DNA of 39,896 nt. It comes from Candidatus Nomurabacteria bacterium RIFCSPLOWO2_01_FULL_42_20 (GTDB lineage: Bacteria > Patescibacteriota > Minisyncoccia > Phycocordibacterales > CAZVEC01). The stretch's first letter is position 1, and each line of letters starts with the position of its first letter. The DNA lies in NCBI GenBank assembly GCA_001785965.1, contig MFVF01000034.1:1-39896 (forward strand), in the 5' to 3' direction. The translations under genes were made by a program, and so were the position numbers. The notes beneath the pieces were generated by a model. The model did not search any database, was not told the DNA's origin, and was given only the letters and a program-made list of their open reading frames with translations. Shown in pieces: positions 18,350-28,700 of the stretch.

Positions 18350-20305
18350 ATGAAGAACCAAGGCGTCATTGACAAAATCTCTTATTATTCTTTTTTGGTG
18401 ACAATTTTTCTTCTGCCTTTTTTCTTCTTGCCGGCCTTCCAATTTTCTCTTGGCGTCAGCAAGGGTTTTCTTTTTTCCATCGGCATCCTGCTTTCTCTTT
18501 TCTTTTGGCTCTTGGCCCGCATAATAGAGGGCAAGATCTCTGTTCCCAAAAGCGGAATTCTTTTGTCCAGTCTTGTCTTAGCCGCCGTCTACTTGCTGGC
18601 TTCTCTCCTTTCTCCGGCCAAAACTATTTCTCTGTGGGGTCAGGGTTTTGAGGTTGACACTTTTGTTTCCATACTCACTTTTGTCTTGGCCATGTTTTTA
18701 GCTTCTGTCTTTTTTTCCGCCGAAAAGAAGCGGATTTTTGACCTGCAAATTCTCTTGGTGCTTTCTTTCGCCTTGCTTTCGGTTTTCTGGATTTTAGATA
18801 TGATTTTCGGTTTTTCAGCGTCTTGGCCGGCATTTTTCGGCAATTCGGGCAGCGGCAATTTATTCGGCAGTTTTAATGACTTGGCCATATTTGCCGGCCT
18901 GGTGGCGATTATTTCTCTTATTGCCCTGGAATCTCTCCTCTTGACTAAATATTCCCGACTCACTGCGGGGCTTGTTCTTCTTTTATCTTTATTTACGGCG
19001 GCGGCGATCGGTTTCCAGGCAGTTTGGCTTGCCATAGGCGTTCTTGCTCTAATTTTTTTTATTTATCGAATGTCAAATGTCTCCGCCGGGAGGCCCATTA
19101 TTTCTCTCTTAGTGTTTTTGATTTCCGTTTTCTTTTTTTCAATAAACTCTAATTTTTTAGCAAACTATTTAGATATAAAAAATGTTGATGTTCGCCCCTC
19201 GGTCTCTTCGACCCTCACGGTTATAAACGGCGCCTTGAAAGAAAATCCGATACTGGGAATCGGCCCGAATCGATTTTCCGCCGCTTGGTCTATGCATAAG
19301 CCTACAGCGATCAACCAAACTATTTTTTGGGACGCCAATTTTAATTTTGGCTTCGGCTTAATTCCTTCTCTTTTGGCCACGACTGGAATTTTAGGGATTT
19401 TATCTTGGCTCCTTCTGGCCGTATTTATTTTGCTTTCCATATTAAAGGCGGCGGCAAATGCCATAAAGATAAAAAACACCGCCTTAAATTATCTTCTCTT
19501 AAGCTCTGCCGCCGCCGCGGCATACCTTTTGATTTTTAATTTCGTCTATGTGCCGAGTTTGGCTCCTCTGGCTCTTTTCTTTGTTTTAATCGGCGTCCTA
19601 GTCGGCTCGCAGGCGCTCGCCAAGCTTATTAAAACCCCAATCTTTTCTTTCTTGAACGATCCAAGACTTTCTTTCTTTTCCATTCTTTTGATTATTGCCG
19701 TAATGGTCCTGACCGGATTTCTCGGCTATAAATCTGTCAAGAAATTCACCTCCATTGTTTTCTATGAAAGAGCCGTGACGGCCGAGACTTTGGATAGGGC
19801 GGAGGAGAAGATTATCAAGGCTCTTTCCTTAAATAAGAGCGATTTGTATTTTAGGTCTCTTTCAGATGTTTATCTGCTGAAGATGAATAATCTGCTCCAA
19901 GAGGGGCAGCTGGGGGAAGCCGATAAAAAAATACTGCAAGATATCATAAGCCGAGCGGAAGCGTCTGCCGAGCTTGGAGTGGAATTCGACAAAACTAATT
20001 ATCAAAATTGGCTCTCTCTCGGTGCGGTTTATGAGAATGTTTTGCCGCTTTCCGTCGAGGGGGCTTACGAGGCGGCGGGAAAAGCTCTGTTTGAAGCGGG
20101 GCGTCTCGCCCCGAATAATCCTGTTGTAGATTTAAGGCTTGGCCTATTGGAAGCCGCAGGGGACAATTTTGACGGCGCTAAAAAATATTTTGAACAAGCT
20201 TTGGCAAAAAAGCCCGATTACGCCGAAGCGAGCCGATACATTCAATATATTGAGGGCTTAGGAAAAGACAACAATGGCCAAGAGAATACTACGATTAATC
20301 AATAA
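18350..20305 (+). CDS. O-antigen ligase-like polytopic membrane protein with C-terminal TPR
   Basis: About 12 or more TM helices, ENPILGIGPNRF loop motif, TPR-like C-terminus (AKKYFEQALAKKPDY). Confidence 0.75.
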   Translation: MKNQGVIDKISYYSFLVTIFLLPFFFLPAFQFSLGVSKGFLFSIGILLSLFFWLLARIIEGKISVPKSGILLSSLVLAAVYLLASLLSPAKTISLWGQGFEVDTFVSILTFVLAMFLASVFFSAEKKRIFDLQILLVLSFALLSVFWILDMIFGFSASWPAFFGNSGSGNLFGSFNDLAIFAGLVAIISLIALESLLLTKYSRLTAGLVLLLSLFTAAAIGFQAVWLAIGVLALIFFIYRMSNVSAGRPIISLLVFLISVFFFSINSNFLANYLDIKNVDVRPSVSSTLTVINGALKENPILGIGPNRFSAAWSMHKPTAINQTIFWDANFNFGFGLIPSLLATTGILGILSWLLLAVFILLSILKAAANAIKIKNTALNYLLLSSAAAAAYLLIFNFVYVPSLAPLALFFVLIGVLVGSQALAKLIKTPIFSFLNDPRLSFFSILLIIAVMVLTGFLGYKSVKKFTSIVFYERAVTAETLDRAEEKIIKALSLNKSDLYFRSLSDVYLLKMNNLLQEGQLGEADKKILQDIISRAEASAELGVEFDKTNYQNWLSLGAVYENVLPLSVEGAYEAAGKALFEAGRLAPNNPVVDLRLGLLEAAGDNFDGAKKYFEQALAKKPDYAEASRYIQYIEGLGKDNNGQENTTINQ

Positions 20306-22010
20306 AGAAATTGGCAGTATAAATCAAGCCGCTTTTTTGCTCGGCCTTTTTGCCCTACTGGCCCAATTCTTAGGTCTTATTCGCGACCGCTTGCTTGTTC
20401 ATTTCCTTGGGCCGGGCCTTGAGCTTGATATTTATTATGCCGCCTTCCGCGTGCCTGATCTCATCTTTGTCTCTATTGCTTCGCTTTTTGCGATAACGGC
20501 CCTTCTGCCTTCTCTTAATCTCAAAATCGGCCGCGATACAAACGGAGAGTTGAATACCGACGCGCCCAAAAATGCCCAAAAATTTTTCTCTGATGTTTTT
20601 ACAGTTTTTCTTGTGACAATTATTTTAATTTGCGCCCTAGCTTTTCTTTTGATGCCATTTTTAACCAAGTTGATTGCGCCGGGTTTTGACGGAGAGGCGC
20701 TGGAGCAAGTTACTTATCTTTCGAGAATCATGCTTTTGTCTCCTATTCTTTTAGGCTTTTCCAATCTATTCGGCTCCATCACCCAGCTTTTTCGAAAATT
20801 TTTTGTTTTTGCCCTAAGTCCTTTCTTTTACAATCTTGGCATCATCATCGGCATTATCCTGCTTTATCCGTTTATTGGCATACCCGGACTTGCTCTGGGC
20901 GTTGTTCTGGGAGCCCTTCTTCATTTCGGCGTAAATATTCCGGTGGTAATCCGCCATCGATTTTTGCCCTATTTCTCCCGCGCAATCGATTGGCAGGGAA
21001 TCAAAAACTTAGTTAAATTATCACTGCCTAGAACTCTCGGTCTTGCCTTATACAGCATTGCTTTCCTCGTCATTGTGGCCATTGCTTCAACGATGGGGGA
21101 AGGATCTGTTTCAATTTTGAATTTATCATTCAATATCCATGCCGTTCCCATAACAATCATCGGCCTTTCTTACTCGGTGGCCGCTTTTCCAAGTCTTGCC
21201 CGATATTTCTCTGTCCAAGATATTGAAAGTTACATAAGGCAAATTGGTCTTGCTGCTAAACAAATTATTTTTTGGTCTTTGCCCGTCACTTTTCTCTTTA
21301 TTGTTCTGCGGGCGCAAATTATCCGCGTGATTTTGGGAACGAGCAATTTTTCATGGGAAAACACGCGCCTGGCCGCCGCAATGTTTGCTTTATTTTCAAT
21401 TTCCGTTGTTGCTCAAAGCCTGAATACTCTTTTTGTCCGGGCTTTTTATGCCGGCGGCAAGACGCGTCGGCCGCTCTTAGTCAATATTTTTTCCCTCTTT
21501 TTAATCGTCGGCCTTTCCTTCATTTTTCTCTATGTATTTAAGGCCGTGCCGGAAATAAAAACTTTTTTTGAGTCCCTTCTGCGGGTCAAAGGTCTGCCGG
21601 GGACAGAGTTGATGGCGATTGGTTTGGGTTACTCAATCGGCATTATATGCAATTTTTTTCTGCTTTGGCGTTTTTTTAGAAGGGATTTTACTTTAGCGAA
21701 AAATTTGGATTTTTTGGGTCGGGTTTTTTGGCAGAGCCTGCTCGGAGCTTTGACAATTGCCGCGGTGGCCTATGGCCTTTTGGGAGTATTTGATAATATT
21801 TTCGACATTAATACGTTTTACGGCATTTTTATGCAGGGGTTTTTGGCGGGCATTCTTGGTATTGCCGGCGGCGTCGTAGTTCTTCATCTGCTAAAAAATC
21901 AAGAGCTTTTAGATGTTTGGCAAACTGTCAGATCAAAGTTTTGGAAAATCAAAGCCATAAGTCCTGAGCAAAGTCGAAGGATGGTGGCGCCTCCGCAGGA
22001 AAAGTTGTAA
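20274..22010 (+). CDS. murJ: Lipid II flippase MurJ/MviN
   Basis: LGLIRDRLL, DIYYAAFRVPDLIF, RAFYA motifs. Confidence 0.92.
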   Translation: MAKRILRLINKEIGSINQAAFLLGLFALLAQFLGLIRDRLLVHFLGPGLELDIYYAAFRVPDLIFVSIASLFAITALLPSLNLKIGRDTNGELNTDAPKNAQKFFSDVFTVFLVTIILICALAFLLMPFLTKLIAPGFDGEALEQVTYLSRIMLLSPILLGFSNLFGSITQLFRKFFVFALSPFFYNLGIIIGIILLYPFIGIPGLALGVVLGALLHFGVNIPVVIRHRFLPYFSRAIDWQGIKNLVKLSLPRTLGLALYSIAFLVIVAIASTMGEGSVSILNLSFNIHAVPITIIGLSYSVAAFPSLARYFSVQDIESYIRQIGLAAKQIIFWSLPVTFLFIVLRAQIIRVILGTSNFSWENTRLAAAMFALFSISVVAQSLNTLFVRAFYAGGKTRRPLLVNIFSLFLIVGLSFIFLYVFKAVPEIKTFFESLLRVKGLPGTELMAIGLGYSIGIICNFFLLWRFFRRDFTLAKNLDFLGRVFWQSLLGALTIAAVAYGLLGVFDNIFDINTFYGIFMQGFLAGILGIAGGVVVLHLLKNQELLDVWQTVRSKFWKIKAISPEQSRRMVAPPQEKL

Positions 22011-22013
22011 GAA

Positions 22014-22101
22014 ACAAGTAAATCAAGTAAAGTAAGCGAGATAAGCAAGATAAGCAAGATAAGCGAGACAAGCTTAATTTACTTAATTTACTTGATTTAC
22101 T
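22014..22101. repeat. Degenerate 9-mer tandem array with inverted arms (AAGTAAATC family)
   Basis: aagtaaatc/aagcaagat units followed by their complements (ttaatttac). Confidence 0.85.
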
Positions 22102-22105
22102 ATTT

Positions 22106-23929
22106 ATGGACCTAAAACATATTCGTAATTTTTCTATCATCGCTCACATTGATCACGGCAAGTCGACTTTGGCTGACCGGATGCTTGAAATAACGCACAC
22201 TATTGAAGCGCGGAAAATGCGCGATCAGGTGCTTGATCAGATGGAGCTTGAGCGCGAGCGAGGCATCACTATCAAAATGACGCCTGTTCGCATGAACTAC
22301 AGCTTAAATCTTACATCTTACATCTTAAATCTCATTGACACTCCTGGCCACATTGATTTTTCGTATGAAGTCTCGCGGGCTATCAAAGCCGTTGAAGGAA
22401 CAATTTTGCTCGTTGACTCTACGCAAGGGATTCAAGCCCAAACTTTGAGCGTTCTTGAGATGGCCCAAGATGCCGGCCTTAAAATTATTCCTGTTCTTTC
22501 TAAAATTGATTCGCCTTTGGCTCGGATTGAAGAAGTTCGCGGGGAAATCGTTAACTTGCTTGGTTGCATCCCTGAAGAAGTTTTGGAAGTCTCTGGTAAA
22601 ACCGGGCAAGGAGTCAATCAATTACTAGAAGCGATAATAGAAAAAATTCCGTCCCCGACCCCCTCCTTCCTCCCCCTTAATAAGGGGGAGGTGCCGCCGG
22701 CGGAGGGGGTGCAAGCCTTGGTATTTGATTTCAAGTATTCCAACCATAAAGGGGTTATTGTTTATGTCAGAATGTTCGGCGGCGAGGTCAGACGGGGTGA
22801 GCAGCTTCTCTTTGCTCAAGCCGTAGAAAAATTTATTGCACTCGAAGTCGGCGTGTTTACGCCGGCCGAGACGCCGAAAGATTATCTTGCTTCAGGCGAG
22901 ATCGGCTATATCGTCACCGGCATCAAACAGCCGGGCATTGCCTCGGTTGGCGACACCGTCACTTCATTTAAAAAGCCGGCTTCAGCGCTTTCGGGCTATA
23001 TGTCGCCCCTGCCAGTTGTTTGGGCCTCCGTCTATCCGGAGTCCGGAGACGATTTCCCAATTTTAAAAAGCGCGCTTTCCCGGCTCAAATTATCCGACTC
23101 GGCCTTTACTTATGAGGAAGAAAGTTCCGGGGCGCTCGGCCGGGGATTTCGGTGCGGATTTTTGGGCATGCTTCACTTGGAAATTATTACCGAGCGGCTC
23201 AAAAGAGAATTTAATTTGAAATTAATTATCACCACACCCTCAATCACTTACAAAATTGTTTACAAGAATGATAAAGAAGAGATTATTTATTCGCCCCATA
23301 AGTTTCCGGATCACGGAAGTTATGAAAAGGTTCTGGAGCCGTGGGTTTTTGTTAAAATTATTCTGCCGACTGAATATCTTAGCCAAATTATGCAGCTTTT
23401 ACATGACCACGAAGCCGAGATCGGCGAGACGGAGAGCATGGGCCTCGGTCGTGCGGCCCTCAATATTAAAATGCCGCTTCGGGAGATGATGAGAAACTTT
23501 TTTGACGAATTAAAAAGCGCTTCTTCTGGTTATGCTTCGATTTCATACAAAATTGGTGATTTTCGCGAAGCGGACGTTGTGCGTTTGGATATACTGGTCG
23601 GGGGCGAGATCGCGGCGGCTTTCTCCAGAATAGTTTCTCGCCAGAAAATGGAAACGGAAGCTGAAAAAACAGTTGAAAAATTATATAATATTCTGCCGAG
23701 GCAGATGTTCGTAACCAAGATTCAAGGCCAAGCGGCCGGGCGGATTATCTCCTCGCGGACTCTCTCGGCTCTCAAAAAAGACGTTACTCAACACATGTAT
23801 GGCGGGGATATTACGCGCAAAATGAAACTGCGAGAAAAGCAGAAAAAAGGCAAGAAAAAAATGGCCGAGCGCGGCCGAGTCAATATTCCCCAAGACGTCT
23901 TTATGAAGATGATGCGTTCAGGAGAGTAA
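22106..23929 (+). CDS. lepA: Elongation factor 4 (LepA)
   Basis: IRNFSIIAHIDHGKSTLADR, DTPGH, GFRCGFLGMLH, YGGDITRKMKL. Confidence 0.98.
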   Translation: MDLKHIRNFSIIAHIDHGKSTLADRMLEITHTIEARKMRDQVLDQMELERERGITIKMTPVRMNYSLNLTSYILNLIDTPGHIDFSYEVSRAIKAVEGTILLVDSTQGIQAQTLSVLEMAQDAGLKIIPVLSKIDSPLARIEEVRGEIVNLLGCIPEEVLEVSGKTGQGVNQLLEAIIEKIPSPTPSFLPLNKGEVPPAEGVQALVFDFKYSNHKGVIVYVRMFGGEVRRGEQLLFAQAVEKFIALEVGVFTPAETPKDYLASGEIGYIVTGIKQPGIASVGDTVTSFKKPASALSGYMSPLPVVWASVYPESGDDFPILKSALSRLKLSDSAFTYEEESSGALGRGFRCGFLGMLHLEIITERLKREFNLKLIITTPSITYKIVYKNDKEEIIYSPHKFPDHGSYEKVLEPWVFVKIILPTEYLSQIMQLLHDHEAEIGETESMGLGRAALNIKMPLREMMRNFFDELKSASSGYASISYKIGDFREADVVRLDILVGGEIAAAFSRIVSRQKMETEAEKTVEKLYNILPRQMFVTKIQGQAAGRIISSRTLSALKKDVTQHMYGGDITRKMKLREKQKKGKKKMAERGRVNIPQDVFMKMMRSGE

Positions 23930-24000
23930 ATCAAGTAAATTAAGTAAAGCAAGTAAATCAAGCTTGCCTCGCTTGATTCGCTTGCCTTGCTTGATTTACT
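23925..24000. repeat. Degenerate 9-mer tandem array with inverted arms
   Basis: agtaaatcaagtaaattaagtaaagcaagtaaatcaag / cttgcctcgcttgattcgcttgccttgcttgatttact; overlaps the lepA stop. Confidence 0.85.
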
Positions 24001-24005
24001 GTTAT

Positions 24006-24110
24006 CTAAAAGATCGGAGTATAGAGCATGATCATACTGATGATGATGAGTATGACTAGCACGCCCCAGATAATTTTGATCTTTTTGCGATGTTTGGGAT
24101 TAAATAGCAT
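24006..24110 (-). CDS. Small membrane protein (34 aa) below the ORF-track cutoff
   Basis: MLFNPKHRKKIKIIWGVLVILIIISMIMLYTPIF*: basic N-terminus plus one TM helix; TATACT 6 nt upstream. Confidence 0.7.
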   Translation of the reverse strand: MLFNPKHRKKIKIIWGVLVILIIISMIMLYTPIF

Positions 24111-24128
24111 GGGTATAGTATAATATGG

Positions 24129-24219
24129 ATAGCTTCTAGCGTCTAGCGCCTAGCTCCTAGCTTGAATTAATTGTAGCTTGAATTAATTGCTAGATGCTAG
24201 TAGCTAGGGGCTAGAAGCT
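24129..24219. repeat. 7-mer (CTAG-core) tandem array with inverted arms
   Basis: agcttctagcgtctagcgcctagctcctagc ... gctagatgctagtagctaggggctagaagct, with an internal duplicated tagcttgaattaattg. Confidence 0.85.
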
Positions 24220-24226
24220 TAAAAAC

Positions 24227-24619
24227 ATGCTAGATTATCAAAAAAAGAAAAAAATATCGCGCTTTCTTTACTCAAAAACAATGATTTTTATCATAGCTCT
24301 TGCGGTTGCTTTTCTTATTTATAGCACGGCAGGAATTTTTCCAAAGATGAAAGAGGCGGCGGAAAATAAAAAAAATATTTTGGAAGAACTTGGAAAACTG
24401 AAAGCCAGAGAAGATAATTTGACCGCTCAAGTTGAGAAACTTAGCACGCCGGAGGGTATTGAAGAGAGCATCCGGGAAAAATTTCGGGTTGTCAAAGAGG
24501 GGGAGGGCTTGATCGTGATTGTGAATGACAAAACCGATTTGGATCAAGATAAAGGCGCAACCTCCGGCCAAAAAATCAAGAATTTTTTGAAGCGAATCTT
24601 TCCGCGGAAAGTCCGTTAG
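24227..24619 (+). CDS. Septum formation initiator (FtsB/DivIC family)
   Basis: TM helix, coiled coil, and LSTPEGIEESIREKFRVVKEGE. Confidence 0.85.
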   Translation: MLDYQKKKKISRFLYSKTMIFIIALAVAFLIYSTAGIFPKMKEAAENKKNILEELGKLKAREDNLTAQVEKLSTPEGIEESIREKFRVVKEGEGLIVIVNDKTDLDQDKGATSGQKIKNFLKRIFPRKVR

Positions 24620-24698
24620 TAAATTCTTGATCTTTAACGGCCATTCAGGCGGACCCGCCCAAATGCGTAGCTTTTGGCGGGAAGGAAATTGAAAATAG

Positions 24699-24769
24699 GC
24701 GAGATTAGTTTAGTGGTAGAATGTCTGCTTCCCAAGCAGAGGACACCAGTTCGATTCTGGTATCTCGCA
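24699..24769 (+). tRNA. tRNA-Gly(CCC), CCA not encoded
   Basis: GCGAGAT/ATCTCGC acceptor stem, TCTGC-TTCCCAA-GCAGA anticodon arm, ACCAG-TTCGATT-CTGGT T arm. Confidence 0.95.
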
Positions 24770-24856
24770 CATCGAAGACCTTCCTCCGCCGTCCGCCACA
24801 ACTTCGCAGATGTTGGCGGACAGGCGGACCCGCCTGCATGCGAAGCTTGCGGCGGG

Positions 24857-24896
24857 CAAGCAGAGGACACGGGTCCGATTCCCGTCACTCGCACCA
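24857..24896 (+). pseudogene. 3' half of a second, diverged tRNA-Gly allele preceded by nested palindromes
   Basis: CAAGCAGAGGAC-ACGGG-TCCGATT-CCCGT-CACTCGC-ACCA. Confidence 0.85.
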
Positions 24897-24920
24897 TAAA
24901 AAAAGCCCCCTATTTGAGGG

Positions 24921-25517
24921 CTATCGGAAGATTTTCCTATTTGTTCGTCTTTCGACAAAAAATATGAACGAGCAAAAAATACAGAGCAGACGAATCCATA
25001 GATTTTTTGGATTTTTAGCGGCGCCAATGTAAAATTTGTTTTTTAGAGAATCCCCAAATCTTCTCTTAAGGTGGAGAAGATTACTAAGATTACTGTTATC
25101 GGCAAGCTGTATTTGCCAATCATTTTCATCTTGGAAAAATTCTATGAACTCGTACTGATTTGCGGCATGAGATGTCAATATACTCATACTTTTTTCTAAT
25201 TTCCTGCTGTCTTTATACCGTAGGGCAAAAGCCGCCATTTCTGTCGGAGTGAGGAATCGATCTTTCTTAAGATAATTTTCCCTTAGCTCTTTTTTGGAAT
25301 AAAGACAATCAAAAGATATGAGCTCCGCGATAACGATTCTTCTTCTGACTTGGGAAACAAAGAAGATGTCTTTGCCTATTTTGCCTTCCTCCAGGAGGCT
25401 AGCTATGTTTTCGGAAGTTTGCTCTCCGACCATGATGGGGAACTGCATCGTCTTAGACCATAGCATTAACACGGTTACAAAGTAAAAAAGAATTCCCAAT
25501 AAAACAATTACTGTCAT
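24921..25517 (-). CDS. Hypothetical protein with an N-terminal TM helix
   Basis: 198-aa ORF; the C-terminus runs through a hairpin. Confidence 0.6.
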   Translation of the reverse strand: MTVIVLLGILFYFVTVLMLWSKTMQFPIMVGEQTSENIASLLEEGKIGKDIFFVSQVRRRIVIAELISFDCLYSKKELRENYLKKDRFLTPTEMAAFALRYKDSRKLEKSMSILTSHAANQYEFIEFFQDENDWQIQLADNSNLSNLLHLKRRFGDSLKNKFYIGAAKNPKNLWIRLLCIFCSFIFFVERRTNRKIFR

Positions 25518-25710
25518 TGTATTTAATTTTTTAAGTAATTTTTAAAAGAATTGATTAAATACACTATGCACTTCTTTGCCCCCGATGTCAACCTGAATTA
25601 ACTGATAACGAATAACGAATAACTGATAACAAACATGGCTTCTTTACTATTTTTGATTTTTGACGTAGTATTAAAGTAGTTGAACTTAACTTAATTTTTA
25701 ATAGTAAAAA

Positions 25711-28700
25711 ATGTTAAAACATATGTCAAAAAAAATTTTATTGCGTTTTTTAATTATCAGCCTACTTTTTTCAAGCGGATTTTTCGTATTTCCTCAAAAT
25801 ACAGAGGCTCAAGAAGCGCCAGCAGGACAGCACTGGGAAAGACAATGGGTCTTGAGCGACTCATCGAGTAACGGGCAGTATCAATCATACAGGATGGAGC
25901 TAGTACTGGTAGCCGACGATGCATGCTTTCCGGCGGGAACAAAAATAACAATGGCTGATGGCGCCGAAAAGAATATTGAAGATGTAGAAATAGGCGATTT
26001 CGTTCTTGCATATGACGAAGAGAGTGGTGAGAAGAAATCTGCAAAAGTGCTTGAAATTGAGTCACCAATGGCAGAAGGATATTACGCACTTAATGATGAC
26101 TTACTCCGAGTTACGGATGAACACCCAATATACACGCGTAAAAAAGATGGTACTGTGGGATGGGGTTCTATTTTACCAGAAAAAACAAAGGAACTTTTAA
26201 GGTGGCGGTCAATACTTTCACTTGAAGCTGGAGATTCTGTATTTACTCAAGATAATGAATGGGTGGAGCTTACGTCAATAGAATATATTGAAGGTGAAAT
26301 ACAGACATATAATCTAAAAGTGGTAGAGCCATACCAAACATTCTTTGCTGATGGTGTGTTAGTTCATAATAAGCCTCCGGAAAAGGAAGAAGTGGGAGGT
26401 GGGAATAGTGAGACGAATAGTTATACTTTTGGTACAGAGCAATCTGGTCTGGCCATTGAGGTGACGAGTAAGAGTAAAGTAATAGCAAAGCCATTTGCGG
26501 TTTGCATACCATTACCAGAGATACCGGGCGCGGTCAGTTATGAATGGAGGATTTTTGCAGACGGACAAGAAGTTCCACGATTTCAATTCCCCAGCACTCC
26601 ATTTTCCCAGAATACAGATGAACCAATTGGTTGTATAACGATAGGCTATGGAGCTGGCGGGGCGATAGAGCTGGGGAAACCTTGGAGCCACACACTCTAT
26701 AATAATACAACTTTTTCTTATGATATAAGGCCGCTTAATGTTGATGGTGCACCTCTATTCCCATTTTATAATAATGGATGGCTGCCGCGTGAGATTACAT
26801 CAATTCCCCCACACGCACTGCCATTAACGCTAAAAAGATTAGACTGGAGCGGCGTTTTCACAGCTCCTCCGAGTACTGTAGAGTATGCCTTAGTGATAAG
26901 AGAAAATCTAAATGACATAATATCTTTTAATCCCTCCACTGCTTACACTTTTAGAAATATCCTAGCAAATGAGACAAGCGCAAAAGTCTGGGAAGAAAAA
27001 GAGGGGTGGTATTATTGGGGATTAGACGCCCTTGATGCCTATGGCGACGTTCTTGGTGTGCCCGCTCCTTCTACAACATACGCCTCTGGCCTCACCTGGA
27101 ATTTTGGTCCCCCCACCAGTATCAATGGTCATTTTTTCTATATTCCTCCTGAACCGGGTCAAGAACCAGGTTATAGAGCAAGTGGAGCTGGAAGTGAAAC
27201 TCAGAGGACTCCTTATTTACAATGGAATAGAATTCCTGGCGCAGTGAAATATCAGCTCCAAATCCTTAATGAGGAATACTGGACGGAATATCCGGGGGTA
27301 GCAGGTTACGCGGGAAATTTTACTTATATTGATTTTAACCCTGATACCTCTCCTACTGCTAATGAAAAGTTTATAACTCTTCCCGATCAGGCTTATAATA
27401 ACGATCCCTATTATGGTTATGGTACTTGGGCTAGCGGGACTCTTATACGCTATGCCCCGCCTCAATATCAAATACCAGTAAAATACCCACAAGCGTCACG
27501 AGCTTACTATTGGCGAGTGAGAGGGATTGATGGGGATGGGAATGTCGTTGGAACGAGGCCAATGTCATATAATGGAGGAAGTGTTTATTTTGAACAGCCG
27601 GTTTTTGAGTATAAGAATGTGGGAGTACTCTGGAATAGAGATCCAAATGCCAAATATGATATCGTAGATTTAGTCCAAAATCCAGCTGATTTTGATCTTC
27701 TGCCGACGGCCCCGGGAGATCCTATTCTTCCTGGAAAAGGAACAAAAGATCAGCAAATATTAATGAATGAAAAGAAAAAATCATTCTTCGGTTCTCTCTT
27801 AGCAAAAATTTCCCAAATTGCTCATGCCCAAGGTGGCGGTGGTAATGATGGTGACATGCCATTTCTAATTAGGAAAGTTATTGTCGGCACACCAACGAGC
27901 GAAGAAGTAGTTGCCAAAAATCTAGCAAAACTTATGAGGGATGCTGTAATAAATTATGGCCATTTGATGTTTTTCGATATTGTTATAGACGGTGGAAAAG
28001 AACTCCATCAATTCTTTATTGATTATTGTGATAATGATCCTAACGTAGTTGGCGAATTTGAATATGATACGCTTTGCCATCCAGATGGTGTTTATGGTTG
28101 GGCTATAAAAGTATGTGAAATGGACTATCCTGGCGTTTCGCAATGGAGAGAATTTGAGAATTGTTTATGGCCAAAGGTGATAAATGGGCAGATAATCGTA
28201 ACCGGAAATGTGATTACTGTAAATCACCCTAGCAGCTCGTTTAATGTCATAGACGCAAGCACTGGCTCTGCCAATATCGTTATAAACGAGCTAAATAGCA
28301 CTACAACCACCCTTACGTTAACAGGGAATCAAGGTCAGTTTATACTGGAATTTCCCTCACTAGCTGATTTCAAAATTATATCTCCGTCTGTTGATTTAGG
28401 CGGTCAGATATATTATGAATTTGAAAATCTTTTACCTGATACAAAATATTACTGGCGAGTAAAATCGGCAGGTGAAGGCCCTCCAACAAATGGTGGTGGA
28501 AATTTGATAACAAGCCATTGGACTGCGATTGCTTCTTTTACAACCCCACCCACTAACCCAATTTTCTTTGAAGAACCCGAGCTTGAGTTGGTTGCACCGG
28601 TGAGTTTGAAAGGGAAAGAACCATTTTTTAAAGAAAGTGGATTTAGCAATTTTATTGGTAGAATTAAATTTAGGCTGGATACTTTATTTCAAGGGAAAAC

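Noticed and set aside
24769-24896. tRNA intron or split tRNA-Gly
   Set aside because: The upstream tRNA is already complete, and the remnant acceptor strand mispairs with its 5' end at two positions.
24634-25032. Several overlapping 87-105 aa ORFs
   Set aside because: They overlie tRNA-Gly and GC-rich palindromes; spurious.
25924-26370. Canonical intein with homing endonuclease
   Set aside because: Only 149 aa, no endonuclease motifs, Lys at +1, and the host is a secreted protein.
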